Below are positions 63,294-64,000 of a stretch of DNA of 64,000 nucleotides, piece by piece. How positions within the stretch are numbered: position 1 is the stretch's first letter; each line of letters opens with the position of its first letter. The DNA lies in the IMG/VR virus record IMGVR_UViG_3300027734_000056, positions 1 to 64,000 of that record, one strand, 5' to 3'. The stretch comes from a virus. The notes beneath the pieces are model-generated. The model was given only the letters and a program-made list of their open reading frames with translations. It had not been told where the DNA came from and did no database searches. The translations under genes were made by a program, and so were the position numbers.

Positions 63294-64000
63294 AACTATA
63301 ATCCTGCCCTATGTCTTGATCTACCCCTATTGGGCAGTTTTTAATAGAACAACCCCTGTCTTTTTGTGTATTTCTTTTTAAGATTTCACAGTACTGTTCA
63401 ACGTCTTCGTCTTTTACTAGTGCCACTATTGAGTCATGCACTAACATAAATATTTTAGCGTCTAGTTTTTTATCGGCAATTTCATTGGCAGTATCTATTG
63501 CTGCAAGTAAATTTACATCACTAGCAATAGATTGGATTTCTGAGTTGATGCCTGACCTAACCTCATGGGCGGCAATACCTTTATCTGAGCTAAACACATT
63601 GACAAGCCTACGCTTGCGCCCAAAAAAACTATAAGTATAACCATTTTGTTCAATAAATTCTTTGCGACTGTTAAGCCAGCTTTTAAGACCACTAAACTTT
63701 GTAAAGTAGGCCTTAATATCATCTTTTGCTCTTTCAACACCATATGTTTCTCCAGTTGACTTAGACACTGTGTCTGATACCTTTTGTGGACCAGACCCGT
63801 ACAAAATACCAAACGAAATAGCTTTAGCACTTTGACGTTTATCAGCAAACAGCTTTTTAACATCTTCTACTTGACAAACTAAATCAAACACCATTTTAGC
63901 AATAGTTGAGTGAAAGTCGCCTTTTGAAATAAAAACTTGTTGTAAGTTACGATCGCCACTTAATACGGCAGCATAATACATTTCTGCAGTTGCCAAGTCT
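63238..64000 (-). CDS. Family A DNA polymerase, C-terminal part (5' end outside the window)
   Basis: Motif A DLATAE, motif B RQSAKAISFGILYG, motif C VHDS. Confidence 0.96.
   Translation of the reverse strand, partial: DLATAEMYYAAVLSGDRNLQQVFISKGDFHSTIAKMVFDLVCQVEDVKKLFADKRQSAKAISFGILYGSGPQKVSDTVSKSTGETYGVERAKDDIKAYFTKFSGLKSWLNSRKEFIEQNGYTYSFFGRKRRLVNVFSSDKGIAAHEVRSGINSEIQSIASDVNLLAAIDTANEIADKKLDAKIFMLVHDSIVALVKDEDVEQYCEILKRNTQKDRGCSIKNCPIGVDQDIGQDYSFGKFDKYYQLTDNTLSRI

Noticed and set aside
53743-64000. Introns or inteins in RNR, helicase or polymerase
   Set aside because: ORFs are continuous and of normal size, with no splicing motifs seen.
1-64000. tRNA/rRNA genes, integrase or genetic-code reassignment
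   Set aside because: No cloverleaf or integrase recognised, and the standard code gives dense, uninterrupted ORFs; tRNAscan-SE would confirm.

Overview
64 kb of a lytic T5-like siphophage (Demerecviridae-type architecture) infecting a Gram-negative host, as shown by sigma70 promoters throughout and an embedded spanin pair. 1-1.25 kb: edge of the pre-early/terminal-repeat region, with an A2-like gene, small ORFs that each have a promoter, palindromes and a repeated 14-bp motif. 1.3-53.5 kb (+): late region with terS, terL, HNH nicking endonuclease, portal, a fused protease-major capsid gene, head/tail completion proteins, tail tube, frameshifted chaperones and a ~2,720-aa tape measure. A non-T5 tail tip and ~29 kb of tip/fibre/adhesin genes follow, then a lysis cassette (GH19 endolysin, Rz/Rz1, holin) and phoH. 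53.5-64 kb (-): T5-type replication operon (PolA, D10-D15, dUTPase) ending in a class II ribonucleotide reductase. Best candidates for new biology: (1) a two-cassette 'stalk-adaptor-tip' fibre system whose stalks share in-frame DNA repeats that could switch receptor modules by recombination; (2) the palindrome/repeat elements around the A2-like gene; (3) two unexplained proteins at the lysis cassette, a HiPIP-like Cys-rich two-domain protein and a protein with a HeLo-like N-terminal helix. All family assignments come from motif recognition and synteny; no searches were run.
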